Positions 29,817-40,319 of a stretch of 64,000 nt of DNA are shown here, piece after piece. The number at the start of each line of letters is the position of its first letter. The stretch's first letter is position 1. This stretch comes from a virus (lineage: Duplodnaviria > Caudoviricetes): positions 96,001 to 160,000 of IMG/VR virus record IMGVR_UViG_3300014205_000172; one strand, written 5' to 3'. Under the pieces are notes generated by a model. That model did not search any database. It had not been told where the DNA came from and saw nothing but the letters and a program-made list of their open reading frames with translations. Position numbers and translations under genes: made by a program.

Positions 29817-31637
29817 ATGAAGAAGTTTCAAACCCCTCAGGAAATTGATGCTTATTTAAAAACGATCCCGAAAGAAAGGATTGTTTCTAAAGAGATCAAG
29901 CATGGCACTTACACAACACACGCAGATGAAGGGAACTACGACGACGCCATTGTTGCCAAGATGTGGGTGACTCTTGACACTGGCGAGCGTTATCCGACAC
30001 TGATCATTCCAGAGAACTATAAGCGTCCCTTCTGGATAACAAAGCCAGCCTTCCGTAAGAATCAGCCTGAAAAGATCCAGTTTGAATTTCTTGATCGTGT
30101 TGACATGTTTAAGTCAACTCAACGTAATCTTCGTCGAGAAATCTGCAGCAAACTTGGTTTTGGCACCCCGAGTCTTCCTTTACGTCAGATCGCACGCAGT
30201 AACTATCTTTACGGTACAGACCCAGGTCCTGAAGTATTTTTAAAACAAGCCTACACGGATAAATGGCCGAATGCCTTCCAGCCAAACGAAGTAACGGTCA
30301 TCGACGTTGAGACCGATGTGAATGGGGTGATCGACCAGACCAAGCAACTCCCTATCCTTTGGTCGGAAGTCAACGATCGTGAAGTCATCGTCTACGCTAA
30401 CGAGCAGTGGACGAAGGACATCCCAAACTACGAAGAATTGTTACGCAAAGACTATGCTGAAATCATTCCTCAGTGGGTAAGTAAACTACGGGATGGTATC
30501 AAAGACAAGAAAGGTGAGTACCCTCAGTGGGTAGACGATATCCTGAACTTGGAATTCAAAGTCGTCATGCTAAAAACGCATTTCGATATTACCAACGAGA
30601 TGTTGAAACACCTCCACTTATCGCAGCCCGACATCGTAACTGGCTGGAACGTATTCTTCGACTTTAAACGTGCGGCTGAGTCAATTGAGTATGCGGGCCG
30701 TAGTGTTAGCGACGCATTCTCAGATCCCCGTGTGCCATCGTGGTATAGAAAAGTAGTAGCTCGTGAAGGCAAGGAAACCCGTGAATCTTCCTCGGGTAAA
30801 TCGTTTCGAATGGACCCACAGGAACAATGGCACGTTGTGCTATCGACCTCTTCATTCCGCATCCTGGACTCGATGCAGATCTATTGGCAGTTGCGTAAAG
30901 CCAAGGGTAAAGAAACAGGTGGGTACAGCTTGGGGGCGGTTCTTGACCGTCAATTGAAGATTGGTAAGCTGTCTCATGAGACAGAGGATAGCGGTATCCC
31001 AGAAGGAACGCTCCACTGGCACATGGAAATGCAGCACAAGTACAAAGTCCGCTACGGTTCTTATAACGCCGTCGACTCCATTGGCGTATGGGTGCTGAAC
31101 AAAAAGAACGATGACTTGAGTAGCCAGATCAGTACACTGGCAGGTTCTCTCGATTACTCGAACTTTAACTCGCAGCCAAGGATCAACAGTACGGACATGC
31201 TTTTCTCCGTAATGCGGAAAAGTAAACGCATCATCTGCTCCACCTCTGACGAAATGAAAACCCAACTTGACCTTAAGCTTCCTGGTCGTGAAGGTTGGAT
31301 TATTGCATTCCCGTCACACAACGTTGAAGCCTCGGGCGTCTTTCTGTTTGAAGACATGCCAGAAGTTCAATCCATGCTTCACATGTTCAACGCGGATGCT
31401 GACGTGGAGACCACGTACCCTATCGCAGGGATCATCCAGAACGTGGCGAAGGAAACCACACTGGCCGAACCTTGTCGCATCCATGGCGTGTCTCAAGCTA
31501 ATCTCAAACTGATTGCCGTGAACATGTCGGGTGGTCGTGTCAACGCCGTTGAGATCATGCAGATGGCGTGTAAGATGCTTCCGATGGACGCATGGGTAGA
31601 AGAGGCCCGTAAAGACCTGTGTAAAGAGGTTGCGTAA
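29817..31637 (+). CDS. Split family-B DNA polymerase, exonuclease/N-terminal subunit (phiKZ gp82-like)
   Basis: ExoI IDVETD, ExoII GWNVFFD, ExoIII YNAVD, motif A ADVETTYP; motifs B and C absent. Confidence 0.87.
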   Translation: MKKFQTPQEIDAYLKTIPKERIVSKEIKHGTYTTHADEGNYDDAIVAKMWVTLDTGERYPTLIIPENYKRPFWITKPAFRKNQPEKIQFEFLDRVDMFKSTQRNLRREICSKLGFGTPSLPLRQIARSNYLYGTDPGPEVFLKQAYTDKWPNAFQPNEVTVIDVETDVNGVIDQTKQLPILWSEVNDREVIVYANEQWTKDIPNYEELLRKDYAEIIPQWVSKLRDGIKDKKGEYPQWVDDILNLEFKVVMLKTHFDITNEMLKHLHLSQPDIVTGWNVFFDFKRAAESIEYAGRSVSDAFSDPRVPSWYRKVVAREGKETRESSSGKSFRMDPQEQWHVVLSTSSFRILDSMQIYWQLRKAKGKETGGYSLGAVLDRQLKIGKLSHETEDSGIPEGTLHWHMEMQHKYKVRYGSYNAVDSIGVWVLNKKNDDLSSQISTLAGSLDYSNFNSQPRINSTDMLFSVMRKSKRIICSTSDEMKTQLDLKLPGREGWIIAFPSHNVEASGVFLFEDMPEVQSMLHMFNADADVETTYPIAGIIQNVAKETTLAEPCRIHGVSQANLKLIAVNMSGGRVNAVEIMQMACKMLPMDAWVEEARKDLCKEVA

Positions 31638-31955
31638 ATGACAGACGCTAAAGGGAAGCTTACCGACCCCGCCTGGTTAAAGAATGAGCTTAACTGGGCG
31701 AGGGGCGCCGATGCTGAAATGAAAGAAGCCATGCTGAATCGTGTTACAGGGTTTTTAAATTCTGTAAAAGATCAAAGTCATTGTGAAGCTAGTCCATTTA
31801 AGTGGACGTGCATCGCTCGACATCCAGAAGTAATGATGTTCAGTGATCAGAAGCGCTGCAGATATTGTAAACCTACCGAGATACATGAGGATGATCATCC
31901 TTTGTTTTGGCGCGGTGGACAGCCTATCTACAACGATGATCTTAGCTGGAAATAA
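31638..31955 (+). CDS. Hypothetical protein (possible Zn-binding, C..H...CRYC)
   Basis: 105 aa directly after the polymerase gene. Confidence 0.6.
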   Translation: MTDAKGKLTDPAWLKNELNWARGADAEMKEAMLNRVTGFLNSVKDQSHCEASPFKWTCIARHPEVMMFSDQKRCRYCKPTEIHEDDHPLFWRGGQPIYNDDLSWK

Positions 31956-31960
31956 CTGAA

Positions 31961-32003
31961 GCGACATAAAGCCCGGCCATTGCGGCCGGGCTTTATGCTG
32001 TTT
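31961..32003. repeat. CATA...TATG hairpin at a convergent junction
   Basis: GCGACATAAAGCCCGGCC-ATTGC-GGCCGGGCTTTATGCTGT. Confidence 0.8.
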
Positions 32004-34950
32004 ACTCGCCGGAAGTGTGGCGCTTGAAGTTAACCTCAATGCCGTCAATTACAGCGTAGGTACCGTCTGCCTGGAACGTCATTGACTTAGCCAGACACAG
32101 TCGTGCAGTTTCATCCAGCAGTGTGACGATGCTGAAGTTGTTCTCAGCGCCGCCCAGGCCACTCAAGTTAGCGCTAATCAGATCATTACCCAGTGCGTTG
32201 CGCACTGCTGTTTCCAAACCATCACGCGCTACAGACACTTCCTCCAGACCTTTTACGATCTGAGCAATAGCCGATGTCTGCATAGCTGCCCGAAGGTCAT
32301 TGTCAGCGTAGACTATTTTGCTGACGTACAGATCAAGCGTCAGGAACTGAGCTGTATGCAGAGTAATGCGTTTGCTATCGTTAGCCAAACACTCTACAAA
32401 CTTGAGCGTATTGCGGGGCTGGAAGAACAGATCGGTTTCGTCCAATGTGGCTTTACGTACAGGTCCTAATGTATCGTTGATCCATTCAACCAGGATCTGA
32501 GGAACGTCACGTTTATATTGCACGTCGTTAACGTCAGTCGCAAACCGATAGACGCCATCAAATAAGACGAGGTCCCACCAACGAATGATGTTACGGTCAG
32601 ATTCCATGATTGGGTTGTTGAACTCATCGAGTATGGCAGTGCCCTTCTCATGAAGGATTACCTGACTGCCATCGGCATTGAGTTTGATATCGCCTTTTGC
32701 ATGCTCGATCACCAAACTCTTATTACCTTGAGCATCCGTCTCAAGCACAGGGTATTTCCCAGAAGCATCCCGCTTGTAATAGTTAGCCTCCCACTTTGCG
32801 ACCACATCGGCTTCGTATTTAAGGAACTTACGCAACCCAATCATGCTCCGGCTCATCGCCCACAGACCAGTCAGCTCATCCCCCAAGTGAAGGCGAAGCG
32901 TTTCGTGGTAGACGCCAACCGCACCATCGGGCAATAAGAACTTGCCCAACTTCTGGTCAACTTCCGTGTTGCTAAGCCCATCTACTGCGTAATCTGACAC
33001 TGCCCACAGAATTGAGAAATCATTCAGCAACGGCGTCGGGTACGATCGTTCGATAGGTTCAAACATATTGAAGTTGGTGGTGATCAGCCGGTGATCATTG
33101 ACGTTGACTACATCGATGTCCCAGTTGGACTTAATGATGAACTCAAAAACACGCTCACCGCTTACCAGGATTTGTTTACCGTTGATGTAGGCCAAGTCCT
33201 TTTCGCCAGGCGGCATGAATGCCATCTGCACATGAACCTGGTCGTCACGCAGTGCTTTCCACACGTCGTTAGAAATCGACTGAATGTGGATTACGTAACC
33301 TTCTTCAGTGCGGGTGATAGACCGCGTAGTGCTTGCACTGATGGTGAGGCCGAGCGTATCGTTACTGGCGACGTAAGATCCCAATGTGATCTCAGGCGCC
33401 GATAAGAAATACGGCCGGGCTTTAAAGGTATTGCCTGCGGTATCCAATACGTAATGCAAAGGCGTGTACAGGTACGTCCCATCACTCACAGCGTTAACCA
33501 GAGCGTCACCAGAGAGCGCTAACAGTTTAGCCAAGTCAGCATCAGAGACTATGGTCAAAACGCCGTCAATGTAACGATAGAGCGTCTTAGGTGTAACTGT
33601 GAGCCGCTCACCGTTGTCGACCACAGTAGCATGGCTTAGCAAGTCAGTAATGCTCGACTTATAAGTCACGACGGCCGTGTCGATCCCAGTGGTCACTTGA
33701 CCTTTGGTGTTGTCTGGCATAGCGCGAGATGCCAGATACGTCCTGTGGCTGATATCGTCGATGTTCATCGACGCTTCAAATCCAAGGTGGGCCAGCGTTG
33801 TCCCTACTTGGGCATTGCTGATTGGAACGACCTGCGCGCCAGTGGCGTTGGTTTGAATGCGCTGACGACGTACCGCAAAGGTAGGCGCCGCCGCGCCGCC
33901 AGAAACGGTGTCGGTACTCATTACGGTGATGGTGCTCATTTGTGACAATGGAGCACTGTAGATGCTGTTGTCGTCTTGGTCTAGATCCCGCCAGTTTGCA
34001 ACGAACGAATTATCAGTCATTCCGTTCAAAGTAACGTTCAAAGGACCTTTAGTGGTGTAGACGTCCACACGGATATCATGCGTCACCAAACCCGTCGCGT
34101 AATACACGTAGGGTAATTCAATGGTAAGCTGACCATTCAGTACCGTCAGCAGCACGGTCGGGTCAGTGGCGTCAAACACTTGCTGGCTATGAGTGGTCTT
34201 AATGGCTTTCCATTGATTCTGACTGTCGTTCACAAACGCGCGAGCGTAGTAAAACGAATCAGTCAGCGGTACTGTAGTCAGCAGCACCTTAGACCCAACC
34301 AGGCTATACTTGTACGTAGTCAGCAACATCTGCTTAACAAAGGTACGGATACGAATCATCCGCACAGGACCTTTGTTGTTTTCAGTGATATTGACAGTCA
34401 CCAGTTCCCAGTCGACCTTGTTCCCTCCAAGTGCCTGAAGAGGAGAAGGTTGACTACCGTCGTATACCACATCGATCGCACCATGAGGTTTGACGATAAA
34501 GGTGATCGGGTACTGGAATGTAAACACCATGTTGTTGACGGTGATCTGTGTATACCGAGGCATAACCAAACGACGCGTTGCAGTATCACCCACCTGCACA
34601 GCGTACTTGATGATCTCAGCCTCATCCACGTAGATGTCGAACCATACGCCCGCAGGGCTGCTGAAGTTACCTTCATAATCCACATCGGAAGCATGCATGT
34701 AGACGTCTTGTTCAGTCTGCGCCGTCTCCGGATATTGACGCCGGTCAAGGTTCTGGTCTTCGGAGATAGCCGCATAGGCCGTCAGGATTGAGATCTCTTC
34801 CAGATAAGGAAAAGGCATCGAAGGGTCAAGTACCATCTCCTCACCGTCAAACATACGGTTAAGATATCCGTTGACCAACGTCGCCAACCGAGTGGGCTCG
34901 TAACGAATCGCCGCCATGTCGGCTAAAATTTCACTGCTGGTGATCGTCAT
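32002..34950 (-). CDS. Large virion structural protein, probable baseplate wedge (phiKZ gp87 position)
   Basis: 982 aa, beta-rich; VSGGAAAPTFAVRRQRI resembles the baseplate J/gp6 GG motif; synteny. Confidence 0.65.
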   Translation of the reverse strand: MTITSSEILADMAAIRYEPTRLATLVNGYLNRMFDGEEMVLDPSMPFPYLEEISILTAYAAISEDQNLDRRQYPETAQTEQDVYMHASDVDYEGNFSSPAGVWFDIYVDEAEIIKYAVQVGDTATRRLVMPRYTQITVNNMVFTFQYPITFIVKPHGAIDVVYDGSQPSPLQALGGNKVDWELVTVNITENNKGPVRMIRIRTFVKQMLLTTYKYSLVGSKVLLTTVPLTDSFYYARAFVNDSQNQWKAIKTTHSQQVFDATDPTVLLTVLNGQLTIELPYVYYATGLVTHDIRVDVYTTKGPLNVTLNGMTDNSFVANWRDLDQDDNSIYSAPLSQMSTITVMSTDTVSGGAAAPTFAVRRQRIQTNATGAQVVPISNAQVGTTLAHLGFEASMNIDDISHRTYLASRAMPDNTKGQVTTGIDTAVVTYKSSITDLLSHATVVDNGERLTVTPKTLYRYIDGVLTIVSDADLAKLLALSGDALVNAVSDGTYLYTPLHYVLDTAGNTFKARPYFLSAPEITLGSYVASNDTLGLTISASTTRSITRTEEGYVIHIQSISNDVWKALRDDQVHVQMAFMPPGEKDLAYINGKQILVSGERVFEFIIKSNWDIDVVNVNDHRLITTNFNMFEPIERSYPTPLLNDFSILWAVSDYAVDGLSNTEVDQKLGKFLLPDGAVGVYHETLRLHLGDELTGLWAMSRSMIGLRKFLKYEADVVAKWEANYYKRDASGKYPVLETDAQGNKSLVIEHAKGDIKLNADGSQVILHEKGTAILDEFNNPIMESDRNIIRWWDLVLFDGVYRFATDVNDVQYKRDVPQILVEWINDTLGPVRKATLDETDLFFQPRNTLKFVECLANDSKRITLHTAQFLTLDLYVSKIVYADNDLRAAMQTSAIAQIVKGLEEVSVARDGLETAVRNALGNDLISANLSGLGGAENNFSIVTLLDETARLCLAKSMTFQADGTYAVIDGIEVNFKRHTSGE

Positions 34951-34953
34951 TTA

Positions 34954-36048
34954 TCAGAGCCCTTTAATCAGTTTTGCGTAATCGTCGTTAGCCACCCACC
35001 ATTCAAACTCCATGGTTTGTAGATTGATCCACGGGTAGCCATGATAGTTAGTGGCCGCAATGTACTGACGGTCCACTTTGGTGTAGACTTGTTTGCGTTT
35101 ATCGTCGGCCATGTTTGGATTGGCACGGGAGATACGCAGGTTGAATTCGTACAGCTGGATAGGGTCGTTATAACAAGCCCCTACGCAGGCAAACTGAACA
35201 GAGTAAGATTTGTTTTCAAACTCATACCCCTCTTCGCGGTTGTACGCCATCCCTGCACCTAGTGAAAGGTTGGTTGGAAATGAGGCGCCGGTGTGGAACC
35301 ATTGCTCAATCTTACGCCCCGTGATGTCGAACTTATATCGCTCGATACGGGTGAAGTAATCCATCTTGTCCTGACGACGACTCTCAGGGTGGGGGATGAT
35401 TGGCCCAGTCCGCAGATAACCAATGTAGTTAATCCAGGAGTGGAGCGCTAACCCCATGACGTTACCTTTAATGTTGTTAAAGGTGCAGGTCAAATCGAAG
35501 TAGCCATTATATTGTGAAATGCTGTCGTTCATCAACCAGACTTCTTTTGCCATACCCTCAGGTGAGCGGTAGGCGTTAAGTTGGATGTCCGGTGGTGAAC
35601 TCATGGTCTGAATCAAGTTTGTGAATAGATTCAGATAAGGCATCTGCGGATCAACCAAAGGAGACTTAGCTGGTCGCTTATCGCCCCCTGTTGGCGTCCC
35701 TCCGTAGGTGGTCGTATCGAGCATCATCCGAACCGCATATTGGTAGCTAGTCGGGTCTTGCACGAATAACGCTGCCAGATTCCGCACTGTGGCAATGTTA
35801 TCGTATGATAAATTGAGATTGGGCCTTGTAAACAATACAAGGCCCTGATCCTCACGATGCAGTGGCAGTGGCGCTAAGTTAGATAAGCGGTTAATGCCGT
35901 AGAACACATCTGCATAACGGCCGTACTCACTACCCCCACCCATGCTGCGGGAGATGTTATCCATGACCGCATATTGATCGGACAGGCCTTGTTGGTCTGC
36001 CACGTACTGCATTAGCTTCGAGTAATAAAAATCAGTTTCAGCGCCCAT
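34954..36048 (-). CDS. Virion structural protein, tail-tube/baseplate-like (phiKZ gp88 position)
   Basis: 364 aa; FTRPNLNLS, GASFPTNL, YSVQFAC tube-fold-like pattern; synteny. Confidence 0.6.
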   Translation of the reverse strand: MGAETDFYYSKLMQYVADQQGLSDQYAVMDNISRSMGGGSEYGRYADVFYGINRLSNLAPLPLHREDQGLVLFTRPNLNLSYDNIATVRNLAALFVQDPTSYQYAVRMMLDTTTYGGTPTGGDKRPAKSPLVDPQMPYLNLFTNLIQTMSSPPDIQLNAYRSPEGMAKEVWLMNDSISQYNGYFDLTCTFNNIKGNVMGLALHSWINYIGYLRTGPIIPHPESRRQDKMDYFTRIERYKFDITGRKIEQWFHTGASFPTNLSLGAGMAYNREEGYEFENKSYSVQFACVGACYNDPIQLYEFNLRISRANPNMADDKRKQVYTKVDRQYIAATNYHGYPWINLQTMEFEWWVANDDYAKLIKGL

Positions 36049-36110
36049 AAACCAGCCTCACTAAATTACGCGTTTGTTTTGAACACAAATTGGGGTTAGA
36101 GGAGACATCG

Positions 36111-37409
36111 ATGAGTATCTCTAGTATTCTTTCAGCAGCAGGTTCTGTTGCCAAAATCGGCGGTATCGCACTGGGCGGTCACTTAGCATATCGGGCAAGT
36201 GAAAAGCTTGCAGACAAATTGGTTGACACATCTGTCAGCAAAGCCATTGACGCAATCATCAATGCGTGGAGCCGCGGTGCCGGTCAGAGTCTGGCCAGCT
36301 ATGGTTCATCTCTGCGTGTCGAACCCTACACCCTGATCGACAGTCGGCTGCTCCGTTTGCCTTACACGAAAGATGTACTCAACATCGCTCAGCGTCATTT
36401 CAGCTGCCTGTACCTGATGGCCCAGGCTAGCGACAACACCATCGACGGTATCAAAGTTTCTTCCCGTATCGACAAGTTCTCACCGGACCGTAACCTGCAA
36501 GCAGCGACTGCCGACTTCCTGCAAGGCCGCGGCGGTAAGAACTGGCTTTCAACTGAGTCATATCAATTCGGCTTGCCGTTTCCGAACGAGCGCGATGGTC
36601 TGGAACGCTTCGCAACCTACAGCAGCGAAGCCGCTATGCCAGGCAACCCTGCTGGTACTAAAGACCCTAAGGCCAAGGAAGATAAGGCTAAGGAAGATAA
36701 GGCCAAGGAAGAGGAAGTCAAAAAGCAGTCAGTGGCATTTGCTACCAATACCGCTAAGGCCATCCAGGATGTATCCGATCTGTCGATCGGCCAGGTGATT
36801 GACGTCAACGTCACCAATGGTAAGCAAAGCATGGTGCTGCCAATTCAGATCCGTCTGAAAACCATCGGGATGGAACCTGTGTCTCTGGCGGAACTGCTGG
36901 CGCTCGGCGGTGAAGATAACAGCCTGGATGCTCGCTGGATGCGGATGCGTGTGGGCGACTTGACTGGCTGGCGTAATCTGGTCTTCCAAACAGATCGTGT
37001 TGATCGCTATCGCCGCGCTGCCGTCGCTGACAAGTCGGGTTATCTGCGTAAAGCTGTGGCGCGTGATAACAAAGCACTGATGGCTACCGCACTGACTGGC
37101 GAACCATCGGTAGGTGCCGCTTCTTCTATTGCCGTGATTTCCAAAGAAACCGCGCGTGAAGCCGAAGAGTTGATGAACGGCCGCTTGTCCGATTTCGCTA
37201 CTCGTCAATCCATCTTCGATCAGGGTCTGATGCTCCTGCTCTTTGTGGTAGATGCCGACCACGAAACTGTGACTATCTACACCCGCGATATCGACAACAG
37301 TGCGACTTACGCCATCCGCGATGTGAAATCGTCGAGCAGTGATTCGAAATCTGACCTCACTGACATCATGCGTTCGTATCTGGAAGGTCGTATTCCAGGT
37401 CGTCTGTAA
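36111..37409 (+). CDS. Internal head protein (phiKZ gp89 position)
   Basis: GAGGAG RBS before ATG 36111; STE/SSE sites; KAKED repeats. Confidence 0.7.
   Translation: MSISSILSAAGSVAKIGGIALGGHLAYRASEKLADKLVDTSVSKAIDAIINAWSRGAGQSLASYGSSLRVEPYTLIDSRLLRLPYTKDVLNIAQRHFSCLYLMAQASDNTIDGIKVSSRIDKFSPDRNLQAATADFLQGRGGKNWLSTESYQFGLPFPNERDGLERFATYSSEAAMPGNPAGTKDPKAKEDKAKEDKAKEEEVKKQSVAFATNTAKAIQDVSDLSIGQVIDVNVTNGKQSMVLPIQIRLKTIGMEPVSLAELLALGGEDNSLDARWMRMRVGDLTGWRNLVFQTDRVDRYRRAAVADKSGYLRKAVARDNKALMATALTGEPSVGAASSIAVISKETAREAEELMNGRLSDFATRQSIFDQGLMLLLFVVDADHETVTIYTRDIDNSATYAIRDVKSSSSDSKSDLTDIMRSYLEGRIPGRL
36669..36713 (+). repeat. 15-nt tandem repeat x3 (KAKED)
   Basis: AAGGCYAAGGAAGAK x3, in frame. Confidence 0.85.
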
Positions 37410-37435
37410 TCCATCTTTAAAGAGACTCCGCATCT

Positions 37436-38338
37436 ATGGACATCTTAGCGTTTCTGAAAAACATCCTCCCCTCGTTCACTAAAAAGGACCTGCGGGAAAA
37501 GTTGCGTACAATCTCCAGTAAGTTTTCGGAGATCCTTCGCCCTACCGCTGAAACTGTCTTTGAAGATATTGATGAGCGTAAAGCTAAATCGACCTTCTTC
37601 AAGACGTTCGTCCGGGAACTGTTGTCCGAATCAACGGCGGCTGTACGCAATGCGGCTGGTCCTTACAAGCTGGTCTTCATGACGGCAGCTGGTAACGGTC
37701 AGAAGCTGCTGGAGCTCATCGAGCAGTATGTCGATAAGAACGTACCTTCGACGATCCATATTGAAGGTGTGACCTATCAGACGGGCTCCGTACTGAGGCT
37801 GGTTGAGCTTCTCGACTTCTTCGCCGATTACAGCATGCGTAACTTCAACTTCATTGCAGCATCTGAAAGTGAGATTGAGGCATTCGACAAGCCCGACATC
37901 AATCCTTCGACGCCTTCTGAACTAAAGTACCTGCAACGCCACCGTGCTGATTATTTCAAGGTGATGTCGCTGTTGGCAAAAGATGGTAAGGTCATCATGG
38001 CTATGTTGGATGACCTGCCTGAGATCACCCTGGGGGATGTCGACGGTAGCAACTCTCCGACGTTGGCAGGCGCTCAGGGTGATCCATTGCAACTGGGCAT
38101 CATCCCGGTCGTGTCGAGCATCTTCCACCGCATCGGTATCACGCTGGTCAACTATGAGCTCGATCGTTATGACCGAGCTCTGAAAGACAAACGCGTCATC
38201 GAAATGCGTCTGGAGGCTTTGCGTAACCGTCGCAACGGTAACCCGGACGCCGCAATTGAAGCGGTCATCGACGGTTACGATCGTGAGCTGTTTGTACTGC
38301 GTCAGAAGATCTCTGACTACGAGGAGCGTGCCAGATGA
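37436..38338 (+). CDS. Head structural protein (phiKZ gp90 position)
   Basis: 300 aa with C-terminal coiled coil; synteny. Confidence 0.7.
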   Translation: MDILAFLKNILPSFTKKDLREKLRTISSKFSEILRPTAETVFEDIDERKAKSTFFKTFVRELLSESTAAVRNAAGPYKLVFMTAAGNGQKLLELIEQYVDKNVPSTIHIEGVTYQTGSVLRLVELLDFFADYSMRNFNFIAASESEIEAFDKPDINPSTPSELKYLQRHRADYFKVMSLLAKDGKVIMAMLDDLPEITLGDVDGSNSPTLAGAQGDPLQLGIIPVVSSIFHRIGITLVNYELDRYDRALKDKRVIEMRLEALRNRRNGNPDAAIEAVIDGYDRELFVLRQKISDYEERAR

Positions 38339-38850
38339 CAGTCGTCTACACGCACCGTGGATTCCCGGTGTCGCTGGCGATCTCCGGGCAAATTGATTCG
38401 GTTTACGAATCTCCAGAAGTCAGCGATATTTACAGAGCACGTATCGCACCTATCCGTCCGAACTTCGCAGTTGAGTTGGATCAGGTAGCTAGTATGACCA
38501 GGGAATGGTCGATCACCCGTGGCTTCTTCGTTGCCGCACTGGACCCGGCTACCCGCATTGGCGGGTCTGTCCAGTCCTTCATCGCGGAGACCGCGATGTA
38601 CCTGACGGGTCGCATCACACGGCGGCGTGTGTCGTTTCAAGATCGTGGATTGCTGATCAAAGAAGACGCTGCCGCCACAGCCCGTGTTCCATCTTTCACC
38701 CAGTCTGAATTGATGGCCATTACCGAACTGGCTAACATTGAGCCAGAGGCATTGATTCAGCTTTGGATCACCCGTGTAGGTGTCGATGACCTGTCCAGTA
38801 CCCTACAGTTATATGTAGGCGACCGTTCTCGGGCCTCAGCTCTGCAATAA
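38335..38850 (+). CDS. Hypothetical virion-region protein
   Basis: 171 aa, ATGA overlap with the preceding gene, GAGGAG RBS. Confidence 0.75.
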   Translation: MTVVYTHRGFPVSLAISGQIDSVYESPEVSDIYRARIAPIRPNFAVELDQVASMTREWSITRGFFVAALDPATRIGGSVQSFIAETAMYLTGRITRRRVSFQDRGLLIKEDAAATARVPSFTQSELMAITELANIEPEALIQLWITRVGVDDLSSTLQLYVGDRSRASALQ

Positions 38851-38883
38851 GCGTATACGCAGTCGGTATGCAACCGACACTTA

Positions 38884-40221
38884 ATGTCTAATGGAGTCAA
38901 CAACATGTCCACAGCTTTCACGCAAGCGATGATGAGTATCTCGATCGAATCCGGCGAGATTCCGAAGCCGGAAGAAGACTACGATCACAGCGGTGTCGGC
39001 GCCGAAGAATTCGTCGTTGTGACCGACGAAACCCAAACCGAGCTGGAAGAAGCCGTTGCTGACACCGCTGAAAAAGTTGAGCGGATGCTGGAAAACGACA
39101 CCGCTGCTGAAAAGATCGTCGAAGCCGTTGATTGCCTGGAAGCTATCCAGGTTCAACTGAGCACCGAAGCAGCCGCTGGCCGCCCTCTGGCCGGTTTCGC
39201 AGTACCCCTGCTGAACCAGCTGATCGCCTCCTCGATGGAAGCCCGCCAAATCCCGGCCGGTATCTACGAAAGCGCCGTGATGGAAATCCAACAGTCCTTC
39301 GAAAGCAACCGCTTCGAAGACTACACCACCGAAGCTGAAGAAAAGACCGAAGGTCTGATCAGCAAGCTGATGAACATGCTGAAGGCTGCGGCCAAAGCGG
39401 TGTGGACCTACATCACCGAATTCTTCACCACCATCGGCCGTTCCGGCACCGCCATCAAAAACGGCGGCACCCAGATCAAGCGCATGGCGGCCAAGCTGAC
39501 TGGCGAGCTGAAGAAAGAAGAACTGAAAGCGTCGGGTTACAACCTGCTGAACAGCGGCGGTTCTTTCAGTCCCGCTGCTGCCGTTAACGCCGTGACTGCT
39601 GGTTACAGCACCATCGCTCTGGCAGCCTTCGGCGAAATCACCGGCCTGATCAAGCCTTGGGTTAACAGCGTCTCGCTGACCCCAACCGTGAAGACCGTCA
39701 ACCTGCAAGCCATGAATGGCTCGGTCAAATCGACCGAACACGATCTGCCAGGCGGTTACAAGGCTGCTCTGAAACCAGGCGCTGGCGAAGGCGTTGCTGC
39801 TGTATCGGGCGCCAAGTTCACCATCACCGGTCCTGAAAAGAAAGCCGGTCCTGAAAAAACCGCTCCGCTGACCAAAGGCGAGCTGGAAGCACTGGGTTCG
39901 GCTCTGGAATCCCTGGGCAGCCGCCTGCTGGAATCCAAGAAGTCGGGTACCGTGGTTCTCCAGGCTCAGAAAACCCTGCTGGACGAAGTCGACGGCAAGC
40001 TGAAAGCGATCAAGGGCGACGACAAAGAAGGTGCGAAGAAAGCTCGCGCCATCGTTGCCGAAGTGAGCAAAGCGCTGAACGCCGGCAAGACCATCATCCC
40101 TACCTACCTCGACTTCGCGTCGAAAGTCGGTAAGCAAGGTTACAACTTCGGCAAGGCGTCCCTGGGCGCCTACGGCAAGAAAGTCGAAGAGAAAAAGCCT
40201 GAAGAAAAAGCTGCCGTATAA
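38884..40221 (+). CDS. Abundant internal head protein (phiKZ gp93-like family)
   Basis: 445 aa, very strong codon bias; acidic propeptide with SIE, SME, SFE, TTE sites, then an amphipathic helix. Confidence 0.78.
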   Translation: MSNGVNNMSTAFTQAMMSISIESGEIPKPEEDYDHSGVGAEEFVVVTDETQTELEEAVADTAEKVERMLENDTAAEKIVEAVDCLEAIQVQLSTEAAAGRPLAGFAVPLLNQLIASSMEARQIPAGIYESAVMEIQQSFESNRFEDYTTEAEEKTEGLISKLMNMLKAAAKAVWTYITEFFTTIGRSGTAIKNGGTQIKRMAAKLTGELKKEELKASGYNLLNSGGSFSPAAAVNAVTAGYSTIALAAFGEITGLIKPWVNSVSLTPTVKTVNLQAMNGSVKSTEHDLPGGYKAALKPGAGEGVAAVSGAKFTITGPEKKAGPEKTAPLTKGELEALGSALESLGSRLLESKKSGTVVLQAQKTLLDEVDGKLKAIKGDDKEGAKKARAIVAEVSKALNAGKTIIPTYLDFASKVGKQGYNFGKASLGAYGKKVEEKKPEEKAAV

Positions 40222-40250
40222 GCCATAGCGGCACGGCTTATAGTGACTAA

Positions 40251-40284
40251 CATAAAGCGGGGCTTCGGCTCCGCTTTATGCTGT
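40251..40284. repeat. CATA...TATG hairpin (cUUCGg loop)
   Basis: CATAAAGCGGGGC-TTCG-GCTCCGCTTTATGCTGT; a second hairpin lies at 40217-40242. Confidence 0.75.
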
Positions 40285-40319
40285 ACTCTATGGTATAACC
40301 CACCAATAGGACACCAACC

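Noticed and set aside
38881-40137. 418-aa antisense ORF opposite the gp93-like gene
   Set aside because: A shadow ORF expected from the strong codon bias of the sense gene; no RBS or protein-like features.
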